This document shows positions 27,783 through 42,885 of a DNA stretch of 64,000 nucleotides, in pieces. Position numbers and translations under genes: made by a program. How positions within the stretch are numbered: the stretch's first letter is position 1; each line of letters starts with the position of its first letter. The notes under the pieces were generated by a model that was not told where the DNA came from, made no database searches, and saw only the letters and a program-made list of their open reading frames with translations. The stretch comes from Flaccisagitta enflata (Eukaryota): NCBI GenBank assembly GCA_965153355.1, contig OZ231126.1:22754001-22818000 (forward strand). Direction: 5' to 3'.

Positions 27783-27908
27783 ACACATACACACACGTTC
27801 CCTGTCTTATCTACACTTCTGAACTACTGCCCAATTGGAATTCACTTTGAGAAGCGTAAGAAATGAAAAACAAAACAAAATAACGACATTCTCATTAATA
27901 ACAACAGC

Positions 27909-27941
<33 letters not shown>

Positions 27942-27944
27942 ACC

Positions 27945-28048
<104 letters not shown>

Positions 28049-28613
28049 CGAGCCAAAAAGTAAAATCTTAAGTTGCCTTTATCATAAAATGTTACAAAAT
28101 TTATCAAACTGTATGTAGACTTGAACCAGGAACCTCAAACTGTTTACTCAATTTTCAAACGGATCGAACTAGAGATCTCATATAATTCAGATATTCTTAG
28201 ATTTTTGCTCAAAATTTTGTCACAATCTTTTAAGCAGAAACTTGTCCAGTGTAAGTCTTCCTCACTACATCCTGACAGAGAATTTGATTTATATTATGGA
28301 CGAAAAATGGATCGCAATAAGTTTGAAAAGAGCAATGAGAATGAAGTTTTCAAGTTCGAGTATGTTTTGAGTAAACAAATTCATGATTGAACGATAACTC
28401 TAAACATTGGCGAGGTAAATGAGGAGATCAGATTTTGAGAGAGCGAGCTAAAAATCTGAGTCAAATATTTCAAGGCTGTTTTAGGCTGAGGCTCCCAAAG
28501 TCAAAACCCTTTCATTAATTTTTTTTTCTCTTACATCCAAAAATCTTCTCACCCTCACAAAAAAGAAAACAGGAAAAATAGCAGTGGGAGGGGATAGGAC
28601 TAAAGGGAGAGGG

Positions 28614-28705
<92 letters not shown>

Positions 28706-28737
28706 AGAGAGACAGACAGACTGACAGACAGAGAGTC

Positions 28738-28776
<39 letters not shown>

Positions 28777-28801
28777 GGCAGACAGACAGACAGACAGAGA
28801 A

Positions 28802-28840
<39 letters not shown>

Positions 28841-29422
28841 GACAGACAGAGACAGACAGAGACACACAGAGACAGACAGAAACAGACAGAGGAAAAAAAT
28901 GCTCACTGACAGAGAAAAACAGAAACGCCGTCAAACTGGCAGACGGACATAACAAGTCAAATAGACAGAAATACACGGGCAGACAGACAGACAGACAGAC
29001 AGACAGATAGACAGATAGACAGACAGATTGGGACAGAGACAAAGAGCCCCAGAGATAGGTATAGAAGGAGACAGAGACCTCGTAGTGGGAGAGGGAGAGA
29101 GTGCGAAAGAGTTAATTGATGAGGCCAAGAGCTTGGGTTGAAGGCGGGGGTCATAGGCAGGGGGGGGGTCGTGTTGGAGGGGGGGGGGGTCATGGGCGGG
29201 AGAAGAGGTGACTGAAGAACGTTTCAACCGGCCAAACGAGAAAATGATTTTCGACTCGAGAGCAATAAAATGTTTGTAGTGATCACGAAAAAGTTGAAAA
29301 GGTACAAAAATTGATCGTAAACATACAACGAAAGACCCTCATTTTTAACCAGATGATCTGACGTTAGGCAGTTGTCGCTCTCTTTTTTTTATTGCTTTCC
29401 CATTACTAGTGTGTAAGACGAG

Positions 29423-29489
<67 letters not shown>

Positions 29490-29654
29490 TGAGTGAGTGA
29501 GAGAGTGAGTGAGTGAGTGTGTGTGTGTTTGTCTCTGTCTGTCCGTCAGTCTTCTCTGGCTGTCTGTATATTAGTTTTTGTGTAGTTGAATGAACACGGT
29601 TGTAGCGAAAATCCACCCATACAGAAAGAGTTGTAAGCTCCCTTAAGAGAATTC

Positions 29655-29833
29655 TTTCTAGTCGCGTGCAGGCGACTATATAACCCGCTATGTCTGTTGG
29701 TCCGTTGGTCCATCCGTTCGTCCGTCCCTGTTTGCGTGCAATACTGCTCCTGCCCAAATGCTTGAGTAATCTTTTTTTATCACAGCCCCTGCCCACCCAC
29801 ATGCGACTTCGGTAGCCGTGAATCGGCCTTGTT
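29655..29833 (+). mobile_element. HINE-like family A copy
   Basis: AGTCGCGTGCAGGCGACT...GTAGCCGTGAATCGGCCTTGTT. Confidence 0.7.
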
Positions 29834-30496
29834 ATCTCATATAGTAGTTATTAAGAAAACTTCTATGGCAAACTACAGCTGTATTTATTGATCTGTGTTA
29901 GTGTATACATGTGTTAGTGTATACATGTATCCATCGCCATCTATCCCTCGCCACATGGGCATCCATGATTTCCTCAAATATATCACAAATTTTTAGGTGC
30001 GCCAAAGCACCTCTATACGAGGCTCTGTCCGTCGGTCGGTCGGTCGGTCGGTTGGTTGGTCGGTAACGCATTCGTTCGACAATCCACCCGGCGCACCATA
30101 TTGGCCTACTTGGCCTTGTTTTATTGTATCCGCACCTTACATCTTTAAGAAATCGGGGCAATGGTTTTACGCCCAGCTCAAACTTAAAATGGGCCAACGG
30201 ATTGACCATCGGACCAACAAGCACAACCTCAAAAAGATTCGATATTCCGTAAATAAAAACACTTCATCTTCCTCGCCACTGCTTTATCCCATAATCGATT
30301 CACCTTCCAAAGGGGACAAATTTTCTTAAATAGAGTTTCGTCTCTTGCACAACCCCTAAACGATTTGACATTTCGGAAATAAAAACACTTCGCCTTCCTC
30401 ACTACCGCCTTACTCCAGAGGGACATATTTTCTTGAACAGAGTCGCTAGCACGCGACAAGAGAAGGGTACACTCTCGATTACTCGGTCCATCGGGA

Positions 30497-30692
30497 TTTT
30501 TAGTCGCGTGCTACGCGACTCTACACCCCGCTTTGTCGGTCCGTTGGTCCGTCCGTCGGTCCGTCACACTTTACTTTTTCGGCATTAATGGGGTTTTTGG
30601 CCATACTGCTCCTGCCCAAATGCTCCACTGACCTCAATTATGGCCCCTGCCCACCCGCACGCGACTGGGGTAGCCGTGTATCCGGCCTTGTT
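30497..30692 (+). mobile_element. HINE-like family A copy
   Basis: Near-identical to 3513-3730. Confidence 0.75.
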
Positions 30693-32579
30693 AAACGACG
30701 AAGTTAAAAAGCTTGTGTTTCACTAAATTAGATGATTTGCCCAGTGATTGTTTATTTGAAATACGAATTGTAGTCTCAAGAGGGATTAACAAGATGGGCC
30801 ATGACGTCAAATGAATATCTTTACATAGCAGGGAATTTTCAATATAATATCTTTTACTTCTTTCTTTCCCCCCTCTCCCTTTTTTACACAGGCTTTCCGT
30901 CGACGTTTCTCGAAGAAATTGACACGGTGACCTCTGTGGAACAGTCAGCAGAAGACTATCACTTTCTTCCCTCTCCTCCTCCTCCTTTTACTCCTCCTCC
31001 TCGTCCTCCTTCTCCGAACTTTCTCTCTCCACTGCCAAGCCCCTCGTTTTCGACTTCGGCTCCTCGGTGTCCTCAACACGATCCCAGAGAAAGGAACATC
31101 CAACTCGAAACTTCAAACCGATGAGAGAGAGAGAGAGAGAGGGAGGAGTAAACCTCCTCATCTTCCTCATCATTCTCCTCAACCGCCTCCTCCACCACAA
31201 CCACCTCCTCTTTTCTTTTTCAAACGGAAGAGAGGGTTGGAGTGGTGAGGGGGGTGTGGGGACGCGGAAGTCTCCTGTATCTGAACAGCCTTTCACCCAC
31301 TTGATTCGACATGTGGAGATGCCCTTGACTTTCTTCACTCTCTCGACGATCAAACGGGCTAGAATTTTTTCTTCTCGACTCTCTTTTTATCGCGCAACCA
31401 CCTTCACTCTCCTCCCTCAACTCCCATCCTTCTCTCCAACTCCTTCTCCATCATCCTCTTCTTCTTCTTCTTCTTCTTCTTCTTCTTCTTCTTCTTCTTC
31501 TTCCTCCTCAATGCGTTCACCTCCTCATTCTCGTGAAACGTCAACAATCCAAGCGCGTTTCTGACGGAAAAGACACTTCATGATCTGAAATCACGGCGAC
31601 GACGACGACAACGGACGAGGCATTCCATCTACGACAACAGATGGGACATTCCATCGCCATTGACGAGGCATTCCAACGGCATTGACGAGGCATTCCAAGG
31701 CAACAACGACGACGACGACGACGACGACGACTGTAAGATCGACGATGTCTAATGAGAGGCATGAAAGAGACGATTGAGGCTTAGACAATAAAAAACGTAT
31801 AAAACGGCGACATTAGGACATGCAAGACAATCATGAGCAACTATCAAAAGAGGAACAACAAAGACAACAACAACAACAACAACAAAAACAACAACAACTA
31901 ATTTCACTCATGGCCACGCTCATCCCCCTGAGTCTCAAAGCGATATTCAGCGTGGAATGAATCGCTATCCCGTTGGCTTAGCCCTCCTAAGCATTCCTTA
32001 AGACCGCCCTTATAAAAAAAAAGAAAAGAGATCCCCCCACTCTCCTTGACCCCACCCCTTCCCTCCCTCCTCCTCCTCCTCCCTATTATTCACCCCTCTC
32101 AATCGTGACAATAATCAATTTTTTCGCTGCAACGGGAAACTATGCTCGGTCTGTCTCTCTTTGATACCGATTGTCGCCTTTTTTTTTTACTTTCAAATAT
32201 TTCATGTAATGGTATTAAAATCAAATAAAAGATTGCGATGACCTTTTCAGATATATGTAAATAACCGCAGTAGAAGAGTCTTGTTTTTGTTACTTTTTTT
32301 AACCCACATCTTTTTTTTTTTTTATTATCATTTTCTTCTACATTTTCGATCCATCGCGACATCTGCATTCACGATACAAACATAAGCGTGGCTTCGTTAT
32401 TACTATTTCGCATTGTCATTCGCAGAGTAGAAGTTCTCGTGCAATATTAGAAATAACTTCAGCAGTATTTCTTTTGTTTTTATCCTATACGTGTGGGGAC
32501 ATGGTTTTATTTATTCTTTTTCTGACCATTTGCTGAACATTGACATTTTTTTTCATAGAAGGAACACAAATGGTGCTAT

Positions 32580-32669
<90 letters not shown>

Positions 32670-35137
32670 TCGTCAAACTCGAAACTCTATGGTGCTAAAT
32701 TTCTCAAAAACGGTGCTAATTTTCGGGGGACATTTAGTCCCTCTTTATCTTAACTGTTCTTTTTTTTTCAATTTTTTTTGTTTATGTACAGTTGACTGTT
32801 TTTATCATTTTCTTACCACATAGAAATTGTGCAATAACGCAGAAAAAAGCGACGGCTTTAGGATACAAGATATGCCTAGAAGAAATTATATCGAGTCAAG
32901 TTGACTGCATGGTCTGGGACATTGAAGGGAAAGAACATTTTGAATGGATTCCAAAGAAAATTATTCTCATCATCATTTTATGCGATTGTCTTTCTTTTGG
33001 AGATATATCAGAATATTCTTTCATTAACAATGCGCCAAAAAAAGTAAGGTCTTCCACATTGCGAAATAGAGCAGAGCTTGTCAGCTATTTTCTTTATTCC
33101 TTTTCAAATTTTATCGTTTCATGTTTAAAGATGACTTAAAACTAGATCCTTTCAGTTTGTACTATGTTATCATCGTTGATGTATAATTTCTCTTTTAGTG
33201 CCAATTACATGAAATTATTTACATTCTAGTGTCGTCAATATCCTTTGATGTTAACGAGGTAATGAGAGACTAATGTTGTGTCCGTTCATAGGTCTTCTTT
33301 TTGTTCCTTTAATTCATTCTACTATATTTCTCAGATGAGCGTATCTATTGATCACCTCCTGGTCCTGGTCTAATGATGCCCATAAGGCCAGGCTTCTCTC
33401 TAAGCACGTTTCTTTGTCCATTTGCGCAATTAAAGCCCAATTTACTTGAAAAATCAACTTGGACTTGATCTAGGCACCACTTCATCGATGCTTAAGATGT
33501 ATAGAATTGATTGCTGTAGTTGTGAGAGAAGTTTCTGCCATAGACCCTGATCATTTTACACAACTACACCATTTATGAGGTGGCGGCTAGATCAAATCCA
33601 TATTTATCTAGCAAGTAGATTGGCCTCTAATTATACAAATAGGGCATGGAAACTGCTTTGAAATGAGTCTTTTCTGGTTTTTTTTAAATGCAAAAATGGA
33701 GTCTCATGACATTGACCGACTCTAGACTATTGGATATTAGGAAAAGATGCAAATAAGGCCGTTTACACGGACCCCAGTGAGCAGGGGCAATAAAGCAAAA
33801 AACCGCTCACATTTTGAAAAAAGTTACCTAGCGATTGACGGACGAACCGACCGACTGACTGCCCAACATGACAAGTTCTAGAATTGCGCGTCCGCGACAA
33901 AAAATACGACATAGTATTTCCTTCGTTTTTATTGATTTGGGAAAGATGGATACGTGTTCAGAGAATATCATATGTGCTTATGCTACAAAATTAATGACCA
34001 AAAGTTATAACACCATTATCAATTTCGGCAGTCAGTTGCAAAACCTAAGACAAATTAGTCAAAAGTCAGGGAATTGCAGGATTTGAAATTGACAAGGTTA
34101 GCAATCAATAACAAAGTGGTGCACTTTGAGGCGGTGTATCTGTTCAATGTTGGCATGACCTTAAATTTATAACGATTTTTTTCGGCTATTATTCCGAATA
34201 TTATTCTCGAATATTATGTGGTTAGCTGAGCTACGAAATTAAGTCTCCATCCAGGATTTTTTTGATGTTCTCCTTTCCAAGTTCTTTAGTTTTTCAGTTT
34301 TTGTTTCTTAGGTTACTTTTTCTTTTTCGTTTTTTTTTCTTTTTTTCTGTTAGTTATTTGGTTTTTGTCTTTTTTAGTTTTTAAAACACTTCTAGGTTTG
34401 AGGTTTTAAACTTTTGACTTTTGAGTTAACTCAGAATCAGAAACTATACAACTTGAAGAGTCACATGTTCTCGCAAGTCAGGCAGGAAAGTAGAGTATGA
34501 CTACTTATAGAATGAAAAGGGCTGTAAAAAACCCGAAAAACAAAAGATGTGAGGGACAGGCAGACCAACCAACCAACTTCGTAAAAAGAGTCGCGTGAAT
34601 AGGACTACATACCGCCTGCCAAAATACTGACTGCGTGACAGATTGATAGAAAGATTACAACAAAGTGACACCGCCTTGCTTTTCGCTAAAGAGGTGAAGC
34701 TTGTTGGTCAGTCGGTCAGTCATGCATAACATCTATTGCACTATGTACATATTATTGCACTATGTACATATTAGCCCACCTTATTTTGCATTGTATATGC
34801 AATACATGAACGCGGTGGACTACTCTTGCGCGACGGACGGAGGCCGGAGGAACCGACTGACCGACGGATAGAGTGACAGAGCCTCACAGAGTTGCGATGG
34901 CGCATCAGTGTGGACTCAACGGTCCCATGCGGTGGGCAGGGGCAGTCAACGTCTGCTAAGAAATTTGTGACTAACCAACAGACTGACCAAAAAGTGACTT
35001 TAAGGCTCACATACCACGCGACCTAAGGCTAAACAGTGTATTATAGAGGAAGTGAATCAAATAATGAAAATGTGTAAGAATCTGCACTGAGTAAAAGACA
35101 AGAACATCCAGAACTACGACACAGACTCAATTGCAGC

Positions 35138-35231
<94 letters not shown>

Positions 35232-35420
35232 AAAGAGGAAAGAGAACAGACAGACAGACAGACAGACAGAGCAGGCAGAGAGAGACAAAAGAGGAAAGAG
35301 AAGTGCGCGGAAATTTATTGCTTCCACTTGACAGGGCGGCGAGCAAGGAAAAGATGTCACGCAGAGACTCCCATTGACTGGTTCCACTGTCGGCCTCTTT
35401 GCCAAAGCCCTTTGTCGCAT

Positions 35421-35502
<82 letters not shown>

Positions 35503-35569
35503 AATCGGAATGACAATTGTGCAACTCAATGTCTGTGTGTGACTGAGTGTATGTGTGTGTGTGTGCAAA

Positions 35570-35635
<66 letters not shown>

Positions 35636-36650
35636 GAGACAGAGAGAGAGACAGAGACAGAGACAGAGACAGACAGAGACAGACAGAGACAGACAGAGAC
35701 AGACAGAGACAGACTGACAGATTTACAAGCAACAATTCATTCAAGGATCGCAAATGGACAGCGGTACTCGTTTGCTTCTTTTTCGAGCGATGAAGCAAAG
35801 AAGTGGAGTAAGAGCAGGGCAGCGGCCTCTAACGGCCAATTTCCTTCATATTACGGTGTTGAAATTCTAGACATCCTGTGGAAGCATATTTTGGGTTACA
35901 GACGGCTGATTTAGGTCTTTGGAGGCTTATTCGAGACCCGGGGCGACAGATTTTAAGTCTGAAGACCTGATTTGAGGCCCCCAGCAGTAATTTGAGGCCT
36001 GCAGGGCTGATTTGAGTTCTTGAGGCCTGATCAGAGGTCAGGAGAGCTAGTTTGAGACCTGGAAAGAATGATTCTTCTAGCCAACAAGGAGAAGGAAGGA
36101 GGAAGAGTGGCAAATAAGATAGACACAGACACTGAAAAGCCAACATTATGATTTTAGAAAACGCAAATTGGGAAGACAGACAGATGGACGGAAAAACAGA
36201 CAGAAGGATAGACAGTCAGAGAAACATTCGGATCCAGAAGCTACTATTCAAGTAGTATTTCCTCCACTGTATTTATCGTTTGTATATTTTTATCACTGCC
36301 GCTGTCCACCCGCACGCGACTTGCGTAACCGTGTATCCGGCAATGTTCAATTTTCTTCTTACCAATACGTTACTAAATGTGTTTCATAAATCTTTGTTCG
36401 TAGCTTAAAGACCCAGTTCTTTTGCTTCTTTTGGCTAGACTTACCGTCTCATGTCGGCCAACCGGCATGTCAGTAACATTCATAATTTGCCGATTGTGCT
36501 GGGGCGAGGATGTAGACTAGACGCCAGTGGCCGAATGCCCAAAGTGGAAGTTTCAACGAACCTCATTCCCCACTGACCTTTTTCGCGCCAAGTTTACACT
36601 CGTGAATGTAAAAATAAGGTTTTAAAACTGACAAAAAGAAACGAATGTAA

Positions 36651-36690
<40 letters not shown>

Positions 36691-37223
36691 TCTTTGATCG
36701 ATACTAGAATTAGAAACGTCGATACGGCCACGAAAAAGCCCACATTGATTTTGTGATGTTAGCAATTTCAAACAGATAAGAACGAGAAAACCATCTTGCT
36801 AATAAATCAACAGACGTCTAAAATAGGCATCAACTTCAGTTCTCACTTTGTTAAAAAAAAGGCCGTATACATGGCTACCCCAGTTGCGTACAGGTGGGCA
36901 GGGGCAGTATTGAAGGTCAATAGAGCATTTTGGCAATAGCAGTGAGGCCAAAGACCGCAAAAACTAAAAAATTAGGGACCATCTGACCAACTGACCAACT
37001 GACTGAATAATGGACGGATGGACAGATGAATGGATGGATGGACAAAGCGGGTTCTAGTGTTGCATGCATGTGGCTAGAAATAAAGCTATGAAGCTATAGT
37101 CCAATAGGTCGAATTTTCAAATATAATCAATCTGGATTCAATAGCTTAAATTGTTTATGAGCAGCTCTCTTCTAAAGATGATGCTTCTTTTCAGGTGCCC
37201 GCTTATTTATTAGCAAGACAGTA

Positions 37224-40200
37224 ACCGTCTGCGTGTTTTCGGTCTGTAGGGCTTCATGAAAAGGGCGAGTCCCCTGCGACCTATGAAGTTGGGTCTTAAA
37301 ATGTGCGTACTACCTTGGGGAACACTAATTCAGGGTTGTTATACCCAGTTTCAGGTGCTAATTCGAATGTCTCAAAAAAAAGTGCCCAAAATGGCCAAAA
37401 TTAGCTATTTTTGACGGTTTTTGGCCCTGAAACCTATTTTAAACATGGAGTAGAGCCATGAAATTTTGCACACATATGTATTAGACCCTAATTTAGTTGT
37501 GTGGAAAAAATTTTGAACCTCGGAAAATTTTTAGGTACCTAAATTTGAAAAAAACGTGTTTTTTGCGAATTTTGAAAAGAAAAAAAAATTCGTTACCCCC
37601 CAAAAAATTCACCAATTTGGACAAAATTTTTACTGGAGATACTTCACATTATGAAGTACCTCCATGCAAAATTTCATCAAAATCGGAGCACTTTAAGTAC
37701 CCAAAATTGTCTTCGAAAACCAAAAAATGGAAAAAAATGGCTTCGAAAATCGTCTTTTGGCCTGAGACATTGCCATGTTATGGCAGGGACGTATGAACCA
37801 AGGGCCAAAATTTCTTTTAATGACTGTTGTTGATGCCCAAAAAAAATTTCGTGACCCTGAGAGCATTTTTTGGGTGTCAATTAACACTTTTTTGGAGACC
37901 GTCAGACCCAAAATCGTGAAATTCGACGATTTTTGGCCTTTTTTCAAGTTAAAACCTAAAAAGAAGTCGAAATATGGGCCAACAAATTTGCATGGACATA
38001 TGGTAGACCTTAATAAAGCTTCATGAAAAAAAAAATTTTGTAAAAAAAATTTCTAGATACCTAAATTAGGAAAAATATGTGTTTTTCGCGATTTTTTTAA
38101 TGAAAACAAATGTCGTTACCCCCCTTAAACGTCACCGATTTGGACAAAATTTTTACTGAAGATACGTCACATTATGAGGTACCTTCATACAAAATTTCAT
38201 CAAAATCGGAGCTTTTTAAGTACCCAAATTTGTCTTCGAAAACCAAAAAATGGCAAAAAATGGCTTCGAAAATTGTCTTTTTGCCTGAGACATTGCCATG
38301 TTATGGCAGGGACGTATGAACCGAGGGCCAAAATTCCTGTTAGTGACTGTTGTTGATGCCCAAAAAAAATTTCGTGACCCTGAGAGCATTTTTTGGGTGT
38401 CAAATAACACTTTTTTGCAGACCGTCAGACCCAAAATCGCGAAATTTGACGATTTTTGGCCTTTTTTCAAGTTAAAACCTAAAAAGAAGTTGAAATATGG
38501 GCCAACAATTTTGCATGGACATATAGTAGACCTTCATAAAGCTTCATGAAAAAAAAATTTTTTGTAAAAAAAATTCCTAGATACCTAAATTAGGAAAAAA
38601 ATGTGTTTTTCGCGATTTTTTTAATGAAAAAAAATGTGGTTACCCCCTTAAAGTTCACCGATTTGCACAAAATTTTTACTGAACATACGTCTTATTATAA
38701 AGTATCTCCATGCAAAATTTCATAAAAATCGGAGCACTTTAAATACCCAAAATTGCCTTTGAAAATCAAAAAATGGCAAAAAATGACTTCGAAAATCGTC
38801 TTTTTGCCTGAGACATTGCCATGTTATAGCAGGGATGTATGGACCAAGGGCCAAAATTCCTTCTAGGGACTGTTGTTTATGCCCAAAAACAATTTCATGA
38901 CCCTGAGAGCATTGTTTGGGTGTCAATTAACACTTTTTTGTAGACCGTCAGACCCAAAATCTTGAAATTTTACAATTTTTGGCCTTTTTTCAAGTAAAAA
39001 CCTAGAAAGAAGTTGAAATATGGGCCAACAATTTTGCATGGACATATAGTAGAAAAAAATTGAAATATAGCCTGAAATTTCCACCCCCCCCCCTAAAAAA
39101 ATTTCATCTGCTCGCTTGGTAGTCAGTGATATAATAAAACATATTTTTGCATATGTTAGATATCAAAGACCAGTGCCAGGGCCCACCACGTGGAGGTGGA
39201 GCAGGAAAAGGCCCCATCGGACAAACGGACAAATAGACGAACAGACAATAACTAACAGGAGATTCTCTGATACGTGTGATCAGTAAACTTCACCAACTTC
39301 TTCATCTCTACTTGCTCCACTCTCTTCCTCATCCTCTTCCATCTCTTCCTTGTAATCACTTTCATCTGCTCGCTTGGTAGTCAGTGATATAGTAAAATAT
39401 ATTTTTTATATGTTAAATATCAAAGACCAGAGCCAGGGCCCACCACGTGGAGGTGGAGCAGGAAAAGGCCCCATCGGACAAACGGACAAACAGACAAACA
39501 GACAATTACCAACAGGAGACTCTCTGATGCGCGTGATCAGTAAACTTCATCAACTTCCTCATTTCCACTTGCTCCACTCTCGTCCTCCTCCTCTTCCATC
39601 CTCGGAATCAATTTCCTCAACTGATTTTTGAACTTCCTTGGCAAATGGATTCCAAATTTAGGTATCTAGAAATTTTTTTTACAAAAAAATTTTTTTTCAT
39701 GAAGCTTTATTAAAGTCTACCATATGTCCATGCAAAATTGTTGGCCCATATTTCAACTTCTTTTTAGGTTTTAACTTGAAAAAAGGCCAAAAATCGTCAA
39801 ATTTCGCGATTTTGGGTCTGACGGTCTGCAAAAAAGTGTTATTTGACACCCAAAAAATGCTCTCAGGGTCACGAAATGTTTTTTTTGCATCAACAACAGT
39901 CACTAACAGGAATTTTGGCCCTTGGTTCATACGTCCCTGCCATAACATGGCAATGTCTCAGGCCAAAAGACAATTTTCGAAGCCATTTTTTGCCATTTTT
40001 TTGGTTTTCGAAGCAATTTTGGGTACTTAAAAAGCTCCGATTTTGATGAAATTTTGCATGAAGGTACCTCATAATGTGACGTATTGTCAGTAAAAATTTT
40101 GTCCAAATCGGTGACGTTTAAGGGGGGTAACGACATTTGTTTTCATTAAAAAAATCGCGAAAAACACATTTTTTTCCTAATTTAGGTATCTAGAAATTTT

Positions 40201-41013
40201 TTTTTTTTTAAATTTTTTTTCATGAAGCTTTATCAAGGTCTACCATATGTCCATGCAAATTTGTTGGCCCATATTTCGACTTCTTTTTAGGTTTTAACTT
40301 AAAAAAAGGCCAAAAATCATCGAATTTCACGATTTTGGGTCTGACGGTCTCCAAAAAAGTGTTAATTGACACCCAAAAAATGCTCTCAGGGTCACGAAAT
40401 TTTTTTTGGGCATCAACAACAGTCACTAAAAGAAATTTTGGCCCTTGGTTCATACGTCCCTGCCATAACATGGCAATGTCTCAGGCCAAAAGACGATTTT
40501 CGAAGCCATTTTTTTCCATTTTTTTGTTTTCGAAGGCAATTTTGGGTACTTAAAGTGCTCCGATTTTGATGAAATTTTGCATGGTACTTTATAATGTGAA
40601 GTATCTCCAGTAAAAATTTTGTCCAAATCAGTGAACTGGGGGGTAACGATTTTTTTTTTCCAAAATTCATAAAAAATACATTTTAAATTTAATACCTAAA
40701 AATTCCGAGGTTCAAAATTTTTTACACACAACTAAATTAGGGTCTAATACATATGTGTGTAAAATTTCATGGCTCTACTCCATGTTTAAGATAGGTTTCA
40801 GGGCCAAAAACCGTCAAAAATAGCTAATTTTGGCCATTTTGGGCACTTTTTTTTAGACATTCGAACTAGCACCTGAAACTGGGTATAACAAACCTGGATT
40901 AGTGTTCCCCAAGGTATTACGCACATTTTAAGACCCAACTTCATGGGTCGCAGGGGACTCGCCCTTTTGACCCCCCTTTTCTTTGAGCTACAAACCAAAA
41001 ACACGCAGACGGG
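37224..41013. mobile_element. 3.8-kb foldback element whose ~1.37-kb inverted arms are made of 523-bp tandem units
   Basis: Termini TA-(A)CCGTCTGCGTGTTTT / AAAACACGCAGACGGG-TA. The left arm 37224-38594 mirrors the right arm 39653-41013. The 523-bp period shows as identical spurious ORFs at 37775/38298 and 39843/40366. Confidence 0.88.
39102..39600. repeat. Direct duplication (~258 bp x2) in the loop of the foldback element
   Basis: TTTCATCTGCTCGCTTGGTAGTCAGTGATATA... starts at both 39102 and 39360, with near-identical continuation. Confidence 0.85.
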
Positions 41014-41061
41014 TAAATCGAATAATCTTATCTGTTACTTTAGCGATTTTCTTTACCCTGA

Positions 41062-41586
41062 GTGCATGTGCTTCCTGCATGTGCATCCTGCATGTGCTTC
41101 CTGCATGTGCATCCTGCATGTGCTTCCTGCATGTGCTTCTTGCATGTGCTTCCTGCATGTGCTTCCTGCATGTGCTTCCCGCATGCGCTTCCTGCATGTG
41201 CTTCTTGCATGCGCTTCCTGCATGTGCTTCCTGCATGTGCTTCCTGCATAAGCTTTCTGTATGTGCTTCCTGCATGTGCTCCCTGCATGTGCTTCCTGCA
41301 TGTGCTTCCTGCATGTGCTTCCTGCATGTGCTTCCTGCATGTGCTTCCTGCATGTGCTTCCTGCATGTGCTTCCTGCATGTGCTTCCTGCATGTGCTTCC
41401 TGCATGTGCTTCCTGCTTGTGCTTCCTGCTTGTGCTTCCTGCATGTGCTTCCTGCATGTGCTTCCTGCATGTACTTCCTGCATGTGCTTTCTGCATGTGC
41501 TTCCTGCATGTGCTTCTTGCATGCGCTTCCTGCATGCGCTTCCTGCATGCGCTTCCTGCATGTGCTTCCTGCATGTGCTTCCTGCA
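41062..41586. repeat. 13-bp minisatellite (TGCATGTGCTTCC), about 40 copies
   Basis: Tandem unit is directly visible and gives 13-aa periodic ORFs in all six frames. Confidence 0.97.
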
Positions 41587-42475
41587 ATTCTGCCCCCTGT
41601 CGTTCCACAAAGCTAATCTCCCACTTGATCATGACTGGAAAACATTTGAAACTCTACGAAAACTGAATGAAAATGCCGAATTGAATGAATGTTATTTCAA
41701 GTTCAGGAATGAAGAAAGAAAAAAGTTTCTTCTGATTTCACATCCGCAACGATGGGATTTAGATTCATTCTTTCTGTTTTTCTCTCTCTCAGTCCCTCAC
41801 TGTTCTTCGAGCTCTCTTTAGCTATCTGCCCTTGTCTATCTGGATACCTCGGTTTCTCTCTCCCTGTCTCTGCTTGACCTTCCTTTTTATAGCTTTACTA
41901 AGGAGCCACGCTCTTGCATCGTTATTAAGATTATATTGTTCACTTTAGTCGAGTGCTCGCGACTCTTGATACCGCTATATTTGTCGATCGGTCACCGTTT
42001 GCTTTTTAAGCGTTTTCCACTTTTTTTGGGCATGGTTGATCCTGCCCAAATGCTTGAGTTAGCAGTTTCCTCACTGCCCCTGCCCAACCACACGCGACTT
42101 CGGTTGCCGTGTATCCGGCCTTGTAGCCATGTGCTTCGCGACCAGCCAATTTTGGGTCGAGCCAATTTTGGGTCTGCTAGTACATCCCTACGTCGGTCCA
42201 CCCATAACATCTGTCCATTTTTCGTAGATTTTGCTTTTCTGCTCCTGCCATAATACTCGACTGGCCTCCCACATCGCTGCCCCTAACCACCCGCTGGTGA
42301 CCAAGGCTGCCGTTTATGCGGCCTTAAAACTATCTTATCAAACTTAGTCACTCTGTTTTGCACTGCCCACGCTAAGCCTAAATTCCAAGTGCAGCTAATC
42401 AGAGGATTCTTCTTAGTCTTATAGTTTTTGCGTTTTTTTTTCTTTGTTAGTTATTGTTTATTATTTCATCGAACA

Positions 42476-42571
<96 letters not shown>

Positions 42572-42703
42572 CCTTAGCTCAATTTCGCATTTTTCAGGTC
42601 TCCCACGCTCATCCGATTGAGAACTGACTCCCACCTCAGACTTGGCCAGCCTTGGTTTCCATTATAGTCTTTGTCTGGAAAATGTTTCCACGATTTGTTT
42701 TTT

Positions 42704-42885
42704 TTTTTAGTCGCGTGCACGCGACTCTACAACCCGCTTTGTCCGTCGGTCGGTCGGTCACGCTTTACTTTTTTTATGATTTTATTTCTCTGACCTCACT
42801 GCTCCTGCCCAAATGGTCTGGTGACCTCAAATATGGCCTCTGCCCACCCGCACGCGACTTCGGTAGCCGTGTATCCGGCCTTGTT
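42704..42885 (+). mobile_element. HINE-like family A copy
   Basis: AGTCGCGTGCACGCGACT...GTAGCCGTGTATCCGGCCTTGTT. Confidence 0.75.

Noticed and set aside
37497-40670. Repeated 60-99 aa ORFs that look like a tandem gene family
   Set aside because: They come from the 523-bp repeat unit, occur on both strands and carry no protein motifs.
40943-41821. Cys/His-rich ORFs (CMCFLHVLPACAS)n resembling metallothionein or keratin-associated proteins
   Set aside because: They are translations of a stop-free 13-bp minisatellite that is open in all six frames.
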